Assembly: GCA_022824965.1 (NCBI GenBank)
Contig: JAJDYY010000003.1
Location: 21,753-85,752, forward strand
Direction of reading: 5' to 3'
DNA length: 64,000 nt
Source of the DNA: Gammaproteobacteria bacterium
GTDB taxonomy: Bacteria; Pseudomonadota; Gammaproteobacteria; UBA4575
Made by a program: the position numbers and the translations under genes. The notes under the pieces were generated by a model. The model had not been told where the DNA came from, ran no database searches, and saw only the letters and a list, made by a program, of their open reading frames with translations. This document shows, one piece after another, positions 10,996 to 20,395 of the stretch. How positions within the stretch are numbered: the stretch's first letter is position 1; the number at the start of each line of letters is the position of its first letter.

Positions 10996-12810
10996 ATGAG
11001 TGAATTTGATCCCAAGCAGTTCATCCAGACCCTGAGCCCGCACCCGGGTGTGTACCGCATGCTCGATGCACAGGGAAAGCCACTGTATGTCGGCAAGGCC
11101 AAAAACCTGAAGAAAAGGGTCGCCGCCTACTTCAATCGCGGCCAGCGAGGCCCGCGCCTGACCAAGATGATCTCGCAAACGACGGCGATCGAGACCACGG
11201 TCACCAATACGGAGGCCGAAGCACTGTTGCTCGAGAACAACCTCATCAAACGGCACCACCCGCGCTACAACATCCTGCTGCGCGACGACAAGAGCTATCC
11301 CTATATCTTCATCTCGAGCGAACACCGATACCCTCAGATCACCTTCTACCGGGGCAGGCGGGAGCGAAAAGGGCGGTACTTCGGTCCCTATGCCAGCCCG
11401 GGTGCAGCGCGCAGCGCCCTGAGCCTGCTGCAAAAGGTTTTCAAGGTACGCCAGTGTGACGATTATTTCTTCAGCCATCGCAGCCGGCCCTGCCTGCAGT
11501 ACCAGATCGCCCGCTGCAGCGGACCCTGTGTAGGGTTGATCGACGAGGACAGCTATCGCAGTGAAATCGAGGCGGCCATCGAGTTCCTGGAAGGCAACAG
11601 TCATGCGCTGATTGCCCGTTACGTGAACGAAATGGACCGGGCTTGTGCAGACCTGAATTACGAGGAGGCCGCACGCTGTCGCAACAAGATCGAGATGCTG
11701 CGCAAGGTCTCCGAGCAGCAGTACGTCAGCGCCCAGACCGGCGATGTCGACATTGCGGCCGTCGAATCGGAAGGCGAGGTCGCCTGCGTGCAGGTATTCA
11801 ATATCCGTGCAGGAATGAACCTTGGCAACAAGAGCTATTTTCCCAAGATTCCGGATGTCGCAAGCGAGGAGAAAATCATCGGTGCATTTCTGGGCCAGTA
11901 CTACCTTGGCCACGCAATCCCCGAGGAGATTATACTCAGTCATCGCCCGCAGGAAGTCGGACTCCTGCAGGAGATGCTGAGCAGCCAGGCGGGCAGGAAG
12001 GTATCGATTGTTTGTGCACCGCGTGCCCAGCGTGCCCGCTGGCTGGACATGGCAAGAAAAAACGCAACAGGAGCACTGCAGGGCAAGCTGGCCTCCAAGG
12101 CCGGTCTCATGCAGCGCTTCGAGGCCGTTCAGGACGAGCTCGGGCTGGAGTTTGTGCCCCAGCGCATCGAGTGTTTCGATGTCAGTCACACCCGGGGCGA
12201 GGCCACGGTGGCCTCGTGCGTGGTGTTCGAGCAGGAGGGGCCGCTTAAGACGGATTATCGGCGCTTCAACATCGAGGGGATCCGGGCCGGTGATGACTAC
12301 GCGGCCCTGCACCAGGCGCTGACACGCCGCTACCTGCGGCTCAAGAAAGGGGAGGGCAAATTGCCCGATTTGCTGTTGATCGACGGGGGCAAGGGTCAGG
12401 TCACCCAGGCCCGGGACGTGCTGCTTGAACTGCAGGTGGAGGGGGTTTGCATCATCGGGGTTGCAAAAGGGCCACAGAGAAAAGCCGGACAGGAAACACT
12501 CATCGTGGCCGATACCGGACGCCCGGTGCGGCTTGCGCCGCATTCGCTGGCGCTGCGCCTGATCCAGCAGGTCCGCGACGAGGCACACCGCTTTGCCATC
12601 AGCGGGCACCGCAAGCGGCGCGCACGCGCACGCGTTTCATCGCCGCTTGAGAGTATTACAGGGCTGGGTCCGAAACGAAGGCAAAACCTGCTGAAACATT
12701 TTGGCGGAATGCGCGGGATCTCGCGCGCAGGTGTGGAAGAGATTGCGAAAGTGCCTGGCGTGAGCCGCCATCTTGCCCAGGCCATTTACCAGGAAATCCA
12801 CAGTCACTGA
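10996..12810 (+). CDS. uvrC: excinuclease ABC subunit C
   Basis: GIY-YIG (PGVYRM...YVGKAKNLKKR), ECFDVSH, DGGKGQ and C-terminal HhH. Confidence 0.97.
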   Translation: MSEFDPKQFIQTLSPHPGVYRMLDAQGKPLYVGKAKNLKKRVAAYFNRGQRGPRLTKMISQTTAIETTVTNTEAEALLLENNLIKRHHPRYNILLRDDKSYPYIFISSEHRYPQITFYRGRRERKGRYFGPYASPGAARSALSLLQKVFKVRQCDDYFFSHRSRPCLQYQIARCSGPCVGLIDEDSYRSEIEAAIEFLEGNSHALIARYVNEMDRACADLNYEEAARCRNKIEMLRKVSEQQYVSAQTGDVDIAAVESEGEVACVQVFNIRAGMNLGNKSYFPKIPDVASEEKIIGAFLGQYYLGHAIPEEIILSHRPQEVGLLQEMLSSQAGRKVSIVCAPRAQRARWLDMARKNATGALQGKLASKAGLMQRFEAVQDELGLEFVPQRIECFDVSHTRGEATVASCVVFEQEGPLKTDYRRFNIEGIRAGDDYAALHQALTRRYLRLKKGEGKLPDLLLIDGGKGQVTQARDVLLELQVEGVCIIGVAKGPQRKAGQETLIVADTGRPVRLAPHSLALRLIQQVRDEAHRFAISGHRKRRARARVSSPLESITGLGPKRRQNLLKHFGGMRGISRAGVEEIAKVPGVSRHLAQAIYQEIHSH

Positions 12811-12822
12811 ATATCGATCGGT

Positions 12823-13380
12823 ATGGTATACGGCATTGCCAACATCCTGACAATGATCAGGATCCTGATCACACCGCTGCTGGTCGGTGTCTATTATTTC
12901 CTGCCCGAGCACTGGGGCATGCCGCTGGCGGCCGTACTGTTCGGAGTGGCTTCTGTCACGGACTGGCTGGACGGTTACCTGGCGCGCAGGCTGGACCAGG
13001 TCTCGAAGCTCGGGGCCTTCCTTGACCCCATTGCCGACAAGCTGATCATCGTCACGGTACTTGTGGTGATCGTCGACCGCCACGGACAGCTGTACATACT
13101 GATTCCGGCGCTGATCATTATTGCCCGGGAGTTGGTGGTTTCGGGCTTGCGGGAGTGGATGTCAGAACTCGGCAAACGGGATTCCGTGGCCGTTTCGATG
13201 CTTGGCAAGCTCAAGACAGCAGCACAGATGATGGCGCTGCTTTTTCTGCTCTACTACTATCCGCTGCTTGGCATCCCCGTATTCGAGATCGGGATAGGGT
13301 TGCTGTACGTGGCCGTAGTACTTACACTTTGGTCGATGATGATCTATATTAGCCGTGCGGCCCGGTCCTACCGGGGATAG
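12823..13380 (+). CDS. pgsA: CDP-diacylglycerol--glycerol-3-phosphate 3-phosphatidyltransferase
   Basis: TDWLDGYLAR...GAFLDPIADK motif; follows uvrC. Confidence 0.95.
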   Translation: MVYGIANILTMIRILITPLLVGVYYFLPEHWGMPLAAVLFGVASVTDWLDGYLARRLDQVSKLGAFLDPIADKLIIVTVLVVIVDRHGQLYILIPALIIIARELVVSGLREWMSELGKRDSVAVSMLGKLKTAAQMMALLFLLYYYPLLGIPVFEIGIGLLYVAVVLTLWSMMIYISRAARSYRG

Positions 13381-13431
13381 GGATTATCCTACACCCTGAT
13401 CTCCTGACCGGCCGGCGGATATCGGTCACCT

Positions 13432-13507
13432 GCGGGAATAGCTCAGTTGGTAGAGCGCAACCTTGCCAAGGTTGAGGTCGCGAGTTCGAGCCTCGTTTCC
13501 CGCTCCA
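13432..13507 (+). tRNA. tRNA-Gly(GCC)
   Basis: Canonical 76-nt GCGGGAATAGCTCAGTTGGTAGAGC...CTTGCCAAG...CCCGCTCCA. Confidence 0.97.
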
Positions 13508-13538
13508 TCCCGTTGCCGCGCCGGCACTTCCGACAGGG

Positions 13539-15383
13539 CTAGACACCGGGCACCACGAGTGCGCCCTGGATCGCCTTTTGCAGCCCCGTCGCACTGCAGG
13601 ACTCCAGGCGAACCGGCTTGTCTGCGACCAGTTCGATTCCCGGCCACTTTCTTCTCAAGGTGACATGCACGATGTTCACCGCATCCTGTGTCCGCAGTTG
13701 TCCGACCTCCGACGCCCCGCTTGTTGCAAGATCTTGTGAAGTGAGCCCTTTGCTGGCAAAGATGCCTACCGCACTTCCCCTGTCCAGGTCCTGAATGATC
13801 TGCTGATCCACGGGGAGCGCCCGGGAAGATGCCTGTGGACCCGGGGAGTCGGCCAGGCGGTCGGCGGCCTGAAGCAGGAAGGTCGACAGGCGTGAGTCAA
13901 GGTATTCGGGGGCCACGAAAAGATGCACCGGGCGTCCCAGCCAGCTGCTCAGGATCAGCATTTCGAGGAGGCTTGCCGTGTAGCAATGCACGACCAGGGG
14001 CCCCTGCTGGGGCAGGTTCTCCAGATCAACGGCCTTGATGCGGTATACGGCCGTCATCGAAGTCCAGATGATCAGGCGAACAAGAAACTCGGGCACTCGC
14101 GTGAAAATGAAAAGGGCCACGGCGGCATTCAGCAGGGCCACCGTGAGGAAAAGCCCGGGAATGCTCAGGCCGGCGCCGAGGAGCGTGATTGCATACACGG
14201 CGGAGCCGATCATGGCAATGGCATTGAGGATATTGTTTCCGGCAATCACCCGCGCGCGCTCCTGTGCCCGGGTGCGTGCCTGCACCATGGCATACAGCGG
14301 CACGATGTAGATGCCGCCGAACAGTCCTACTAGGAAAATGTCCGCACACAGACGCCAGTTGGAGGGGTTGCTAATGAATTCCTGCAGGCCGAGGAGTTCA
14401 CCGGTGGCCTGCATGGAGGTGGCAAAGAATATATCGATACCGAAGAGTGTCAACCCGATCGAGCCGACCGGCACCAGACCGAGCTCGATCGACCGGTTGG
14501 AGAGACGTTCGCACAGCAGCGATCCCACGCCGATGCCCACACACAGCAGGGCCAGGAAAAACGTAACGACCTGTGCATTGGCGCCAAGGGCCAGCCGGGT
14601 GAAGTTCGGCAACTGGGTGAGGTAGGTGGCCCCCAGGAACCAGAACCATGAAATACCCAGGATGGAAAAAAACACCGGCCCGTATTTTCTCAGTGCCGCC
14701 ACGTTGCGCACGGTCTCCACGGCAGGGTTCCAGCGTACCCTGAGCGAGGGTGCCACCGGCGCGGTGGAAGGAATCTGCAGTGCGCTCAGGTAGCCGAACC
14801 CGGCCAGGACAATCACGGTCACGGACACCAGCGCCCGGGCATCCTCTGCCATCCCGACCAGTACCCCGCCCAGCATCGTCCCCAGCAGGATGGCCATGAA
14901 GGTGCCCGATTCAACCAGTGCATTGCCGCCGATGAGCTCCCTTTGGCGGAGGTGCTCGGGAATGATGGAGTACTTGATCGGGCCGAAAAAGGAGGACTGG
15001 GTGCCCATGAGGAACAGGCAAAACAGCAACAGGGGAATGCTGTCGAGATAGAATCCTGCTCCGGCAAACAGCATGATGGCAATCTCGCCCAGCTTGATCT
15101 TGCGAATCAGTTCCGCCTTGCCGAAGCGGTCCGCAATCTGTCCGGCGGTCGCGGAGAAAAGAAAAAACGGCAGGATGAAGAGCAGTGCGGCGAGATTGAT
15201 GATGTAGTTCGAGAGATCGGTTCCGGAATAGCTGCTCTGGAAGGCGATCAGGATGATCAGCGAATTCTTGAATACGTTATCGTTGAAGGCACCGAAGAAC
15301 TGGGTCAGGAAAAAGGGGGCAAAACGTTTCTGTTTCAGCAGCTGGAGCTGGCTATTCGAGCCCGGTTGGCTGGCCTCGGACAA
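13539..15383 (-). CDS. LplT-like MFS transporter fused to a degenerate PlsC-type acyltransferase domain
   Basis: RFAPFFLTQFFGAFNDNVFKN and FGPIKYSIIPEHL are typical of LplT/Aas-type MFS. The C-terminal domain aligns by eye to PlsC but lacks HxxxxD. Confidence 0.85.
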   Translation of the reverse strand: MSEASQPGSNSQLQLLKQKRFAPFFLTQFFGAFNDNVFKNSLIILIAFQSSYSGTDLSNYIINLAALLFILPFFLFSATAGQIADRFGKAELIRKIKLGEIAIMLFAGAGFYLDSIPLLLFCLFLMGTQSSFFGPIKYSIIPEHLRQRELIGGNALVESGTFMAILLGTMLGGVLVGMAEDARALVSVTVIVLAGFGYLSALQIPSTAPVAPSLRVRWNPAVETVRNVAALRKYGPVFFSILGISWFWFLGATYLTQLPNFTRLALGANAQVVTFFLALLCVGIGVGSLLCERLSNRSIELGLVPVGSIGLTLFGIDIFFATSMQATGELLGLQEFISNPSNWRLCADIFLVGLFGGIYIVPLYAMVQARTRAQERARVIAGNNILNAIAMIGSAVYAITLLGAGLSIPGLFLTVALLNAAVALFIFTRVPEFLVRLIIWTSMTAVYRIKAVDLENLPQQGPLVVHCYTASLLEMLILSSWLGRPVHLFVAPEYLDSRLSTFLLQAADRLADSPGPQASSRALPVDQQIIQDLDRGSAVGIFASKGLTSQDLATSGASEVGQLRTQDAVNIVHVTLRRKWPGIELVADKPVRLESCSATGLQKAIQGALVVPGV

Positions 15384-15496
15384 GATGACTCACTACCCGA
15401 AAGACAGGTGCGCTCCCGTCGGGCAGCGACAGGACCAGGGGTTCGGCGGCCTGCACACCGCACGACTGGCAGGGTCACACCCGCAGGTGCTCATGG

Positions 15497-15826
15497 TCAG
15501 ATGTATTCCGGGTTGACCGCCGTCTGGTCGAAATCTACCTCCACCTCCACGTCCGTCTTCAGCCGTGCCTGGCAGGCCAGGATGTAGTTTGCCTTCAGCA
15601 TGTCTCCGTCCAGAGTGTAGGTGAAGTCCGTCAACTCCTTGACCTTGCCGCTGACCAGTTTGGCACGGCAGGTCCCGCACGAACCGACCTTGCAGTCGCA
15701 TGGCCAGTCAATGCCGGCATTCTTGGCTGCTTGCAGCAGGTTGATGCCGCCTTTGACATCAAAGGTCTGGCCCGTGTTTAAAATCGTTGCCTTGAAGTCC
15801 TTGTTTTTTTTGCCGAACCCAAACAT
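15497..15826 (-). CDS. stand-alone plant-type [2Fe-2S] ferredoxin
   Basis: CKVGSCGTC...ILACQA; strong RBS (GAAGGAGG) before MFGFGKK. Confidence 0.88.
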   Translation of the reverse strand: MFGFGKKNKDFKATILNTGQTFDVKGGINLLQAAKNAGIDWPCDCKVGSCGTCRAKLVSGKVKELTDFTYTLDGDMLKANYILACQARLKTDVEVEVDFDQTAVNPEYI

Positions 15827-15954
15827 GTCTCCTCCTTCTCGTGTCGTGTAGGGGTTGCTCTGCAAGCAAATGCATTCCCTGTCACATGGAACCAGCGCCC
15901 ACTATAGCGCGTCACGGCATGGGTCTGCACGCCATCATCAACCGAATGCCTTGC

Positions 15955-16440
15955 TCATTGCAACAAACTTCGGAACATCCAGGCAGTTTTTTCATGGGTC
16001 TGCATGCGATTTGTGAGCAAATCTGCGGTAGGTTCGTCATGGGCTGCCTCGATGACCGGAAAGATCTCCCGGGCCGTGCGTACCACGGTTTCCTGTCCCA
16101 GGACCAGCTGCTGGGTCATCTCCTGTGCGCTCGGCACGCGGGTCTCTTCATCGATCCGTGTGAGTTCCTGGAAACGGCTGTAGGAACCGGGCGCGAATAT
16201 TCCCAGGGCCCGGATCCGCTCGGCGATTTCATCGACCGCCAGGGCAAGCTCCTGGTATTGCTCCTCGAACATGGTGTGCAGGGTCGTGAACATAGGCCCG
16301 GTCACGTTCCAGTGGTAGTTGTGGGTTTTCAGGTACAAGGTATAGGTGTCCGCCAGCAGCCGGCTCAAGCCGGTGGCGATTTCCTCGCGCTGGGACTCTG
16401 GGATGCCGATGTCGATCGGTGATGGGGTTGTCTGTGCCAT
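15955..16440 (-). CDS. dps: Dps family DNA-binding ferritin-like protein
   Basis: [29 protein letters not shown] and HEKTAWM. Confidence 0.95.
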   Translation of the reverse strand: MAQTTPSPIDIGIPESQREEIATGLSRLLADTYTLYLKTHNYHWNVTGPMFTTLHTMFEEQYQELALAVDEIAERIRALGIFAPGSYSRFQELTRIDEETRVPSAQEMTQQLVLGQETVVRTAREIFPVIEAAHDEPTADLLTNRMQTHEKTAWMFRSLLQ

Positions 16441-16626
16441 GGTCTTCTCCTGGGTCGATATCCGTTTCTATACAGTGACTCCATTGTAGGCAAAGGGCTA
16501 GATCGGAACATCGAGTAATAGCGATGGCTGTCATCGATTTTATCCATCGACGCGCGGGTTTTGGCACACATGCCAGCGAGGTTTGCTGCCCAGGTCAGGG
16601 GCAGGCGTGTGCAACCCGGTAAGCCC

Positions 16627-17427
16627 TTACCAGGGATGCAGGCTCAGCCAGTAGCCACCCCAGACAACCAGCCCTGCGCCCGTCATCATGCGGGTCGCAG
16701 TGGGTGAGAACGGAAGGATTTTCTCAATCAGGACGAAGACTGCGATCAGCAGGACCCAGAGCATGTTCATCACGCCCACGGCGAGCAGCACCGCCATCAG
16801 CGCCCAGCAGCACCCCACGCAGAACATTCCGTGGTACAGGCCCATCTGGAAGGCACCGCTCTTGCCATCCTTCCAGGCAGCCATCAAGAAGCCGAGCGGT
16901 GTCCTGCACTGGTTCAGGCAGGCGTCCTTCATCGGGGTCATCTGGTAAATGCCGGCCAGCAGGATGATTGCCCCACTGAGCAGGTAGCTGTTGTTGTACA
17001 TCATCGGGTCGAGCACGTTGCTTGCATGCAGGGGCCACTGGATGGCGCTCGCAAAAAAACTGTACAGGGCCCAGGCGACCAGATACCCCGCCAGGAAAAT
17101 GAAGGTGGGGGCGTATGGCTGCTGCCTGAGTTTCTTTTGCCGGCTGACGGTGGTGAACATCATGACCATCGGGGACACACTCGGCGTCATCATGGCGATC
17201 ATCATGATGAACCACATGAGAAACAGCATCAGGAAGTCCCAGGCCGTCCAGGCACGCATGCCGCCCATCGGCGGCATCCACATATCCACGAGGTGCATGT
17301 TCTCCATGGCCCATGCCATATAGAGAATGTATAGCCAGCACACGCCTGATACCAGGATCAGACCTGATATGACGATCTTTCTGTCCTGGGGAGAAAGTCC
17401 CGCAACGGGTGGAGTGGGAGCATTCAT
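16627..17427 (-). CDS. DUF2182-type predicted metal-binding integral membrane protein
   Basis: MWFIMMIAMMTPS, YQMTPMKDACLNQCRTP and GMFCVGCCWALM; multiple TM helices, Met/Cys-rich. Confidence 0.8.
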   Translation of the reverse strand: MNAPTPPVAGLSPQDRKIVISGLILVSGVCWLYILYMAWAMENMHLVDMWMPPMGGMRAWTAWDFLMLFLMWFIMMIAMMTPSVSPMVMMFTTVSRQKKLRQQPYAPTFIFLAGYLVAWALYSFFASAIQWPLHASNVLDPMMYNNSYLLSGAIILLAGIYQMTPMKDACLNQCRTPLGFLMAAWKDGKSGAFQMGLYHGMFCVGCCWALMAVLLAVGVMNMLWVLLIAVFVLIEKILPFSPTATRMMTGAGLVVWGGYWLSLHPW

Positions 17428-17725
17428 GGGAGTACCTTCCTGACTTTATTGGACGATCGGATTACGGATACGTGAATCGCGCTGCGAAGAGCAGACAAAC
17501 CGTCTGAACCATCAGCGGCAATCATACTTGATTGCCTGTACGCATAAAAGCCCGGCACCCGACCGGCTCGACGAGAGCAGGCAAGGTCGACTGACCCGCA
17601 GACCTGCGCGGCGAGCCGGTGCACAGTATTTCAAGCCCGACTTTTTTAGGCTATACTCAAATGCAGTCCTGCATGTGTTTTGGCAGGTTTCATGTTTTAT
17701 TCTTAAATAGGCCGGGAGGTTTGCT

Positions 17726-18334
17726 ATGGCGACGACAGACTGGAGTGTAGAGGGCAACTATTTCGAGTCCTGTACCTGTGACAATTTATGCCCATGTCTT
17801 TTGCTGAAGGACCCGACCGTGGGATCGTGTACAGCCCTCGTTGGCTGGAGCATCGATAAGGGACATTATGGCGATGTCAGTCTGGACGGAATCAAGGTCG
17901 CGGTTTGGCTGCATGCCCCGGGTAACCTGACGGCCGGCAACTGGCGTCTCGCACTGTATGTTGACGAGGCTGCGGATGATGCACAATTCGAAGCCATCTG
18001 CGCCTTGTGGAGCGGCGAGGGTGGTGGTCACCTGGCGGTGATCGCGAGCCTGGTCAGCAATGTTCTGAGTGCCAAGAAAGCCAATATCAGCTTCGAGAGC
18101 ACACCGGAGAGGAAGCACCTGGTGATTGAAGGGATCGGGGAGAACGAGATCGTCCCGATTGAAGGAGAAGAGGGCAAGCCTGTCGTCGTATCCTGCACCC
18201 CGCTTGCAGTAGCTCCGGGAAATCCGATCACCTTGCATCAGTCCACGACTGCACAGTACCGCGATAACGGCATCGACTGGTACGAGTCCGGCAAGGCCGC
18301 GCTGGCTTCACCGTTCCAGTACGGGCCCGGCTGA
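17726..18334 (+). CDS. DUF1326 domain protein (no signal peptide)
   Basis: W.VEGNYFESCTCDNLCPC Cys cluster; divergent from the DUF2182 gene. Confidence 0.8.
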   Translation: MATTDWSVEGNYFESCTCDNLCPCLLLKDPTVGSCTALVGWSIDKGHYGDVSLDGIKVAVWLHAPGNLTAGNWRLALYVDEAADDAQFEAICALWSGEGGGHLAVIASLVSNVLSAKKANISFESTPERKHLVIEGIGENEIVPIEGEEGKPVVVSCTPLAVAPGNPITLHQSTTAQYRDNGIDWYESGKAALASPFQYGPG

Positions 18335-18704
18335 GTCCATACCGCAACGAACTTCATATGCATTGAGCACCCAGGCGTTCCCAAGCCTGGGTGCGTGTGT
18401 ACAGGCGATGTGAGACAGCACGCACCCTCGCCCTGATGCTGTTTACAGCCCTTCCTTGACCCGTTTTGCCAGTCCGGCAAATCCGCTCATCCGGAGACAG
18501 TCAGGAAAGCTTCCTATACTGTTGATTTGAAAAGGTATCCACCATCCTTGCTTGGGGAGTAATATCCTGCAGCCCGGGCAGCCTGCCGACCTGTTTAAAG
18601 AATAGCCATTTTGGGCTATGATATGCGGTAGACAATTTTTCGAGACGACTGGTTTGTTTCATGCAAACCGGAGCGATTTCAGACGAGATGGCAGGAGAAC
18701 TAAC

Positions 18705-19406
18705 ATGTCAATTTTTAACAGAAGAAAATTTTTAAAAGCCACCGGGTGCACGATGGCTTTGGGTTCGGCGGGACTTGGGATCTCGCAGGCCTCGACCGAA
18801 AATGCAGTGGACTGGAAAGTGACAGGCAATTATTTCGAGTCTTGCACCTGTGACAACGTCTGCCCGTGTCTTTTGCTGAATGACCCGACCGTGGGTTCAT
18901 GCACGGCGCTTGTCGGCTGGCGTATTGACAAGGGTCATTATGGTGATGTCAGCCTGGACGGCACGAAAGTGTCCGTGTGGCTGCATGCCCCGGGAAACCT
19001 TCTCAATGGCAACTGGCGCGCTGCCCTGTATATTGATGACCAGGCGAACGATGCCCAGTTTCATGCCCTGAAGTCATTGTGGAGCGGTGAAGGCGGGGGT
19101 CACCTGGGTATAATTGCCAGTCTGATCAGCGACCTCATCAGTGTCAAGAAGGCCCATATCACCATCATGGACACGCCAGAGAGGAAACACCTGGTGGTGC
19201 AAGGCGTGGGTGAAAACGACATTTCCCCCATCAAGGGAGAAGATGGCAAGGACATCGTCCTGGCGCATACTCCGCTTGCCGTTGCGCCGCACAACCCGAT
19301 CACGCTGCACATGTCCAAGCGGGCGCGCTACCACGATAACGGCATCGACTGGTATGAGTCCGGCAAGGCCGGGCTGTCCTCGGCATTCCAGTACGGACCT
19401 GCCTGA
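18705..19406 (+). CDS. DUF1326 domain protein with twin-arginine signal peptide
   Basis: MSIFNRRKFLKATGCTMALGSAGLGISQAS leader followed by a close paralogue of 17726-18334; RBS GCAGGAG. Confidence 0.8.
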   Translation: MSIFNRRKFLKATGCTMALGSAGLGISQASTENAVDWKVTGNYFESCTCDNVCPCLLLNDPTVGSCTALVGWRIDKGHYGDVSLDGTKVSVWLHAPGNLLNGNWRAALYIDDQANDAQFHALKSLWSGEGGGHLGIIASLISDLISVKKAHITIMDTPERKHLVVQGVGENDISPIKGEDGKDIVLAHTPLAVAPHNPITLHMSKRARYHDNGIDWYESGKAGLSSAFQYGPA

Positions 19407-19516
19407 GCGTACACTCGCGATCTGATTTCCTGGCCACGGCCAGTATCCTGCCCGGTCGACAGACCGGGCAGCCATCTCTGTCTGCGATTCGCTGACAACA
19501 GGCACTCGACCACCCG

Positions 19517-20350
19517 ATGATACCTACCTGGATCAAGGCCGCGCTTGCATGGTGCGGGCTGGCGGTTTCCCTGCTTGCAAGTGCAGGGGCAGGTGATCTT
19601 TCGCTGACCGGCAACCTGATTCAGGGCGGGCTGGCTTTCGGACAGGTGAGCCCGGACTCGAAAGTATGGACCAACGGGCACGCGGTGCGCGTTTCCCCGA
19701 CCGGTGAATTCATCCTCGGGTTTGGCCGGGACTACCCACCCCAGGCCACCGTCATCGTACAGGCGAAAGACCAGACCGTGCGCTCACACACGTTCAACAT
19801 CGCCGGGCGCGAGTACGATACCCAGCGTATCGACGGCCTGCCAAACGCCCAGGTGAACCCGGGGCCGCAGACCCTGCGGCGGATTCGCAGGGAAAGTGCC
19901 GAAATAACAGTGGCACGAAGCCTCGATGACGACCGTATGGATTTCAAATCAGGATTCATATGGCCCGTGCATGGGCGGATCTCAGGAATTTACGGCAGTC
20001 AGCGGATTCTCAACGGCGAGCCGCGCCAGCCCCATTACGGCATTGATATCGCAGCACCCGTCGGTACACAGGTTCTCGCGCCTGCCCCCGGCCGGGTGAC
20101 CTACGCCGAGGATATGTATTTTTCAGGAGGCACGCTGGTCGTCGACCATGGCCAGAACCTGTCATCCTCCTTCCTGCACCTGCACAAGATCCTGGTAGCG
20201 GTCGGGGAACACGTGGAGCAGGGACAGCCGATCGGCCTGGTGGGCGCCACGGGCCGGGTCACGGGTCCTCACCTGGACTGGCGGATGAACTGGCACCAGC
20301 AGCGACTGGACCCCGGCTTGCTCATGGACGGGACGCAGCCCGGTAACTAG
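19517..20350 (+). CDS. M23 family metallopeptidase
   Basis: Signal peptide, HYGIDIA and TGPHLDW Zn motifs. Confidence 0.9.
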   Translation: MIPTWIKAALAWCGLAVSLLASAGAGDLSLTGNLIQGGLAFGQVSPDSKVWTNGHAVRVSPTGEFILGFGRDYPPQATVIVQAKDQTVRSHTFNIAGREYDTQRIDGLPNAQVNPGPQTLRRIRRESAEITVARSLDDDRMDFKSGFIWPVHGRISGIYGSQRILNGEPRQPHYGIDIAAPVGTQVLAPAPGRVTYAEDMYFSGGTLVVDHGQNLSSSFLHLHKILVAVGEHVEQGQPIGLVGATGRVTGPHLDWRMNWHQQRLDPGLLMDGTQPGN

Positions 20351-20395
20351 GCGAGTACAGACCGCCGTCGCGCTCTGCAGGGCCCTGGTTGCAGC

